Assembly (NCBI GenBank): GCA_036274295.1
Contig: DASUFZ010000291.1
Coordinates: 3,455 to 67,454, forward strand
Direction of reading: 5' to 3'
From: Myxococcota bacterium
GTDB lineage: Bacteria; Myxococcota_A; UBA9160; SMWR01
DNA length: 64,000 bases
The position numbers and the translations under genes were made by a program. This document shows positions 59,789 to 64,000 of this stretch, piece by piece. The notes beneath the pieces were generated by a model, which saw only the letters and a program-made list of their open reading frames with translations, did no database searches and was not told the origin of the DNA. Position 1 is the stretch's first letter; each line of letters begins with the position of its first letter.

Positions 59789-61171
59789 ATGAGCGCCCGA
59801 GCCGAAGTCCTGCGCAGCGATCTCCGCGCGATGATCGCTGATGGCGTCTTCTTCAGCGCGATGGTCGGGCTCGGCGAGGTCTACGTGCCGGCCTTCGCGC
59901 TGGCGCTCGGCCACGGCCCCGCGGATGCCGGTCTGCTCGCGACCGTGCCGCTGCTCGCGGGCGCGTTCTTCCAGCTCGTGACGCCGGAGGCGGTGCGCCG
60001 GCTGCGCAGCTACCGGCGCTGGGTCGTCGCATGCGCGTGTCTCCAGGCGCTCTGCTTCCTGCCGCTCGCCGCGAGCGCGCTGGCGGGCTGGGGTCCGCTG
60101 CTGTGGCTGCTCGCCGTCGCCAGCGCGTACTGGGGCTTCGGCATGGCGACGGGCCCCGCCTGGAACGCCTGGGTGACGACCCTGGTGCCGGCGCGCCTGC
60201 GCGTGCGCTTCTTCGCGCGCCGCTCGCGCAGCGCACAGGCGGCGCTGTTGTGCGCGTTGCTGCTCTCGGGCGCGCTGCTCGAGTGGTGTCGCCGTCGCGG
60301 CTACGAGCTGATGGCCTTCGCGGCGTTCTTCACCTGCGCCGCCGGCGCGCGCTGGATCTCCGCGCGCTTCCTGGCGCGCCAGAGCGAGTGCCCGCACGCG
60401 GCCGAGAGCCACCGCGCGCTGCCGCTGCGCGCGCTGCCGGCGAGCCTGCGCGGCACGCGCTCGGCGCGCGTGCTCGCCTATCTGCTCGGCATGCAGCTCG
60501 CGGCCCACATCGCGGCCCCGTACTTCACGCCCTACATGCTCGGTCCGCTCGCGCTCGGCTACGAGCGCTTCACCGCGCTGATCGCCGCCTCCTTCCTCGC
60601 GCGCATCGCGATCCTGCCGGTGCTGAGCCAGCTCGCGCAGCAACGCGGCAGCCGCTTCATCCTGATCGCGGGCGCGCTCGGCATCGTGCCGCTCCCGACC
60701 CTCTGGCTCGTCTCCGACCACTTCGCCTATCTGCTCGCGCTCCAGATGTTGTCGGGCTGCGCGTGGGCGGCCGTCGAGTACGCGTCGCTGCTGTCCTTCT
60801 TCGAGGGCATCGACGAGCGCGAGCGCGCGAGCGTCCTCTCCTTCTTCAACCTCGCCAACGCGGCGGCGCTGACGGCGGGCTCGCTGCTCGGCGGCGTGCT
60901 GCTGCGCAGTCTGGGCGTCGGCGTCGGCGCCTACGCATGGCTCTTCGCCGCGTCGAGCCTCGCGCGCCTCGCGATCCTGCCGCTGCTCGGGCGTACGGCG
61001 CCGGCGCGGGTTGCGCCGGAGGAGGTCTCGCTGCGCACGCTCGCGCTGCGGCCGGCGGCGGGCGCCGTGCAGCGCCCGATCCTCGCCAGCATGGAGCGCG
61101 CCCACGAGCCGCGCGTCAGACGATCCGACGCCGGGAGTTCACGAAGTTCGACGCCCAGCCCGCCGCTTTGA
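59789..61171 (+). CDS. MFS transporter
   Basis: About 12 TMs, ADGVFFSAMVG, RVRFFARR and APYFTPYML. Confidence 0.85.
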   Translation: MSARAEVLRSDLRAMIADGVFFSAMVGLGEVYVPAFALALGHGPADAGLLATVPLLAGAFFQLVTPEAVRRLRSYRRWVVACACLQALCFLPLAASALAGWGPLLWLLAVASAYWGFGMATGPAWNAWVTTLVPARLRVRFFARRSRSAQAALLCALLLSGALLEWCRRRGYELMAFAAFFTCAAGARWISARFLARQSECPHAAESHRALPLRALPASLRGTRSARVLAYLLGMQLAAHIAAPYFTPYMLGPLALGYERFTALIAASFLARIAILPVLSQLAQQRGSRFILIAGALGIVPLPTLWLVSDHFAYLLALQMLSGCAWAAVEYASLLSFFEGIDERERASVLSFFNLANAAALTAGSLLGGVLLRSLGVGVGAYAWLFAASSLARLAILPLLGRTAPARVAPEEVSLRTLALRPAAGAVQRPILASMERAHEPRVRRSDAGSSRSSTPSPPL

Positions 61172-62204
61172 CGCCTGCGAAGACGACGGCGAGGGCCGCG
61201 AAGTTCATCCAGGTCGAGCGACCGGCCGGCCCGAGCGCGCCGTTCTCCGCGAGATGGAAGAAGAACACCCAGGAGACCGCGCGCGCCTCGAGCACGGCGC
61301 CGAGCAGCAGCGAGCCGACGAGCACCACGGGCAGGAAGCCGACGAGCCAGGCCAGGCCGGGGTCGAGTCCCGGCGCGAGCGCCTGAACCATCGGCATCCA
61401 GCCGAGCTGGCCGACGCTCAGGATCGAGGTGCCGAGCGCGGGGACCAGTGCGAGCACCAGCGCGATCGCCACGCGCACGTCCCACGCCTGCTCCGAGAAG
61501 GGATTCAGGTACTGCACCACGACCTTCACCGCGTTGCGGAAGGTCAGCCGGAGCTTGTCGCCGTCGCGGCGAAAGCGCTTCAGCGCGACGTTGTGCTCCA
61601 TCTTGCGCGCGTAGTCCGCCTCGACGATGTCGGCGAGCGAGTCCGCGCCGTGGAAGCGGGCGCCGCGCGCGAGCAGCGGCCGCACGTGGTCGTCGTGCTT
61701 CTTCTTCAGCGCGAGCGGATTTCGCGCGGTGGGATGCCTGAAGACCTTCCCTTGCGGATGCGGGACGATGCCGCCCTGCTCGAGCACGGGCGTCGTCAGG
61801 ACGGAGCTGCCGTCCTCGAAGTCGGTGGCGAACTCGACGTAGCTCTTCGCCAGCTGGACTTCGCCCTTCGTCTGGCTGAGCGCCGATGCCACCGCGATCG
61901 TGGGCTCTCCGCTGCTGACGTACATCCGCGTGATGTTCTTCGAGGGGAGGTTCACCGCCACGCAGGTGAGCGCGGGCCGGAATCCCTGGGATCCGAGCAG
62001 ACCGTCCAGCTCTGCGAACCAGCGCCGCTGCGCGTCGCCGAGCTCCTCCTCCTTCACCGGCTGGATGCCGAGGCGCGCCGGCAGGCTGATGGTCTTCATC
62101 AGGGCGACGGGCCCGAGCACGGCGACCGCGCCCATGCTCCAGCAGAGATAGGACGCCACCTGGAAGAGGGCGGGCATCAGCAGATCGAGCGGCGAAGGCT
62201 CCAT
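61116..62204 (-). CDS. Hypothetical membrane protein
   Basis: N-terminal TM, soluble middle (YVEFATDFEDG) and C-terminal TMs. Protein-like composition from MEPSPLDLL. Confidence 0.7.
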   Translation of the reverse strand: MEPSPLDLLMPALFQVASYLCWSMGAVAVLGPVALMKTISLPARLGIQPVKEEELGDAQRRWFAELDGLLGSQGFRPALTCVAVNLPSKNITRMYVSSGEPTIAVASALSQTKGEVQLAKSYVEFATDFEDGSSVLTTPVLEQGGIVPHPQGKVFRHPTARNPLALKKKHDDHVRPLLARGARFHGADSLADIVEADYARKMEHNVALKRFRRDGDKLRLTFRNAVKVVVQYLNPFSEQAWDVRVAIALVLALVPALGTSILSVGQLGWMPMVQALAPGLDPGLAWLVGFLPVVLVGSLLLGAVLEARAVSWVFFFHLAENGALGPAGRSTWMNFAALAVVFAGVKAAGWASNFVNSRRRIV

Positions 62205-62275
62205 GGACGACCCCCGAGCGGGTGGATTCGTCCGGCCGCGCGACCTGCTTGAACCGCGCGCCTCGGCCTGGCGGC

Positions 62276-63436
62276 CTAGAAGATCCCGTTCGGAGGGAGC
62301 CCCAGCAGCACGCGGGAGGCGGGCTCGATCAGCGCCGGCGACACGACGATGTGCTGGCCGACGACGTGGACGTCGCGCATGCGCCGCTCGAGCGGGCTCG
62401 TGAGGGCGTTGGCGCTGGTGCCCGCCGCGCTGTGCACGATCTCCACCGCGCGCGCCGACGCCATCACCGCCTTCACGCAGGCGAGCTGCACGAGGGCGCG
62501 CTGCTTCAGGCTCGGCGTGCGGCCCGCGAGCGTCTCCTGCCAGAGCTCCTCGACCGACTCGAACACGAACGCGCGCGCCGAGCGCAGCAGGTTCTCCGCC
62601 TCGGCGATCGACTCCTGCGCAAAGCGCCGCTCGCGCAGCGGCGCGCTCATGGCGCGCGGAACCCGCGCGGACGCGAGCTCGACGAAGGCATCGAGCGCGC
62701 CGCGCGCGATGCCGGTCGCCACGCCGACCTTGTTGTACGCGAGGCGCGAGAGCGCCGGCAGCCGGAACAGGGCGCCGCGCGCGTGCATGCGGCCCGCGCC
62801 GACGCGCGTGGTGAAGCGGTCCGGCACGAAGGCGTCCTCGATCTCGACGTCGTGGCTCCCGGAGCCGCGCAGCCCCGCGACGTGCCAGGTGTCGAGCACC
62901 TCGAAGTCGCGCCGCGGCACCAGCACCTCGAGCGTCTGCGGCTTGCCGCCCTCCTCGATGACGCACTGGCCCCAGAACCAGTCGCTGTGCAGGCAGCCGC
63001 TCGCGAAGGGCCAGCGGCCGCGGACGCGCACGCCGCCTTCGACGCGCGTCGCGCGGCCCTGCGGGTTCAGCGCGCCGCAGAAGATCACCTCGGGATGCTT
63101 GGCGATCACCTCCTCGGCGACGTCCGGCAGCAGGAACGCGCTCGCGAAGCCGAGGTTCTCGACGCCGATCATGAGCGCCCAGCCCGCCGCGCCGTCGGCC
63201 TCGGAGATCGCCTCGATGGCGAGGATCTGCTCGCGCGGCGTCGCCTCCGCGCCGCCGACTTCGCGCGCCACCGCGACCCGGAAGAGACCCGCCTCGCGCA
63301 ACGCGCGCACGACCTCGGCGGGCAGGGTGCGCTCGGCCTCCGCGCGCTCCGCGTGGCGCTCCACCAACGGCTTCAGCTCCCGCGCGCGCTCGAGCAACAG
63401 CGCGCCGGAGAGCGAAGCGGGCGGCGCGGAGCTCAC
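62276..63436 (-). CDS. ACAD-fold flavin-dependent monooxygenase (HsaA/DszC-like hydroxylase)
   Basis: AEAERTLP, GRWPFASG, DTWHVAGLRGSGS and LERRMRDVH motifs. Confidence 0.88.
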   Translation of the reverse strand: MSSAPPASLSGALLLERARELKPLVERHAERAEAERTLPAEVVRALREAGLFRVAVAREVGGAEATPREQILAIEAISEADGAAGWALMIGVENLGFASAFLLPDVAEEVIAKHPEVIFCGALNPQGRATRVEGGVRVRGRWPFASGCLHSDWFWGQCVIEEGGKPQTLEVLVPRRDFEVLDTWHVAGLRGSGSHDVEIEDAFVPDRFTTRVGAGRMHARGALFRLPALSRLAYNKVGVATGIARGALDAFVELASARVPRAMSAPLRERRFAQESIAEAENLLRSARAFVFESVEELWQETLAGRTPSLKQRALVQLACVKAVMASARAVEIVHSAAGTSANALTSPLERRMRDVHVVGQHIVVSPALIEPASRVLLGLPPNGIF

Positions 63437-63702
63437 TTCCCCTGGTTCTCCAGCAGCTCTCGCAGCACGCGCGCGGTGCGCTCCTCCAGCACGAGCAGGC
63501 GCCGGCGCAGCTGGAGCGCCACCTGCACGCCGGGCGCGTTGACTCCGAGCGAGCGCATCAGCTCGGCCGCGACGCGCAGCTCGTCGGCCTCCTCGACGGG
63601 CAGCTCGTCGCTCTCGAACAGGCCCGTCGCGCGCAGCTCCTCGAGCAGCGAGCGGTCGAAGTCGAGCTGCACGAGCAGCTCCTCGATGCGGATGCGCGTC
63701 AT
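63433..63702 (-). CDS. cbpM: Chaperone modulator CbpM-like protein
   Basis: LRVAAELMRSLGVNAPGVQVALQL, coupled to a DnaJ/CbpA gene. Confidence 0.78.
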   Translation of the reverse strand: MTRIRIEELLVQLDFDRSLLEELRATGLFESDELPVEEADELRVAAELMRSLGVNAPGVQVALQLRRRLLVLEERTARVLRELLENQGK

Positions 63703-64000
63703 CGGAAGAGCCCCTTGCGCAGCGTTTCGCCTTCGTCGTGGGACGCGAGCAGCTCGTCGAGGCGCTTGCGCTCGGCCTCGTCGAGACCGCGCGGCACGCG
63801 GATCTCGACCGTCACGTAGAGATCCCCGGGCGTGCCCGATTCGGGGTCCGGCGCGCCCTTCCCGCGCAGCCGCAGCTTGCGGCCGCTGTCGGTTCCCGCC
63901 GGCACCGACACCGTCGCGCGTCCTTCCGGCAGCGGCACCTCGATCTTCGCGCCGAGCACCGCCTCGCGGACGCTGATCGGCACGCGCATGTGCAGGTCGT
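63699..64000 (-). CDS. cbpA: DnaJ/CbpA C-terminal part (truncated by the window edge)
   Basis: EAVLGAKIEVP, KLRLRGKG and GDLYVTV motifs. Confidence 0.85.
   Translation of the reverse strand, partial: DLHMRVPISVREAVLGAKIEVPLPEGRATVSVPAGTDSGRKLRLRGKGAPDPESGTPGDLYVTVEIRVPRGLDEAERKRLDELLASHDEGETLRKGLFR

Overview
A very GC-rich (about 70% or more by eye), densely coding bacterial chromosome segment. The gene content suggests a Myxococcota/deltaproteobacterial-type lineage; this is inference only. About 70 CDSs are supported. Housekeeping and cofactor genes include argD, folB, cofG/cofH (FO/F420 precursor), thiC behind a TPP riboswitch, aroC, mutY, acs, pepP, rnd, ilvE, proS, a full Rrf2-sufBCDSUT operon and cbpA/cbpM. 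Catabolic oxidoreductases include an LLM, three SDRs, a P450 with its ferredoxin, a PQQ dehydrogenase and an ACAD-fold monooxygenase. I found no tRNA, rRNA, CRISPR array, transposase or integrase. The most notable observations are: (1) a stand-alone DnaA paralog with a degenerate P-loop, Gln in place of the arginine finger and an altered DNA-recognition helix; (2) a coupled operon of Zn-metallopeptidase, Ddl-like ATP-grasp ligase, NAD(P)-binding protein and flippase-like protein; (3) a ~180-nt 6S-like rod between rnd and pepP; (4) a 159-bp MITE with a CTAG target duplication, plus a separate 4-copy ~100-bp repeat family that favours convergent gene ends; (5) a sulfotransferase remnant; (6) readable tandem operators upstream of the suf regulator and IclR genes, and a palindrome over the cofGH promoter. 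Many long ORFs in the supplied track are GC-rich shadow frames and were discarded. Start codons were re-picked by eye and are approximate.
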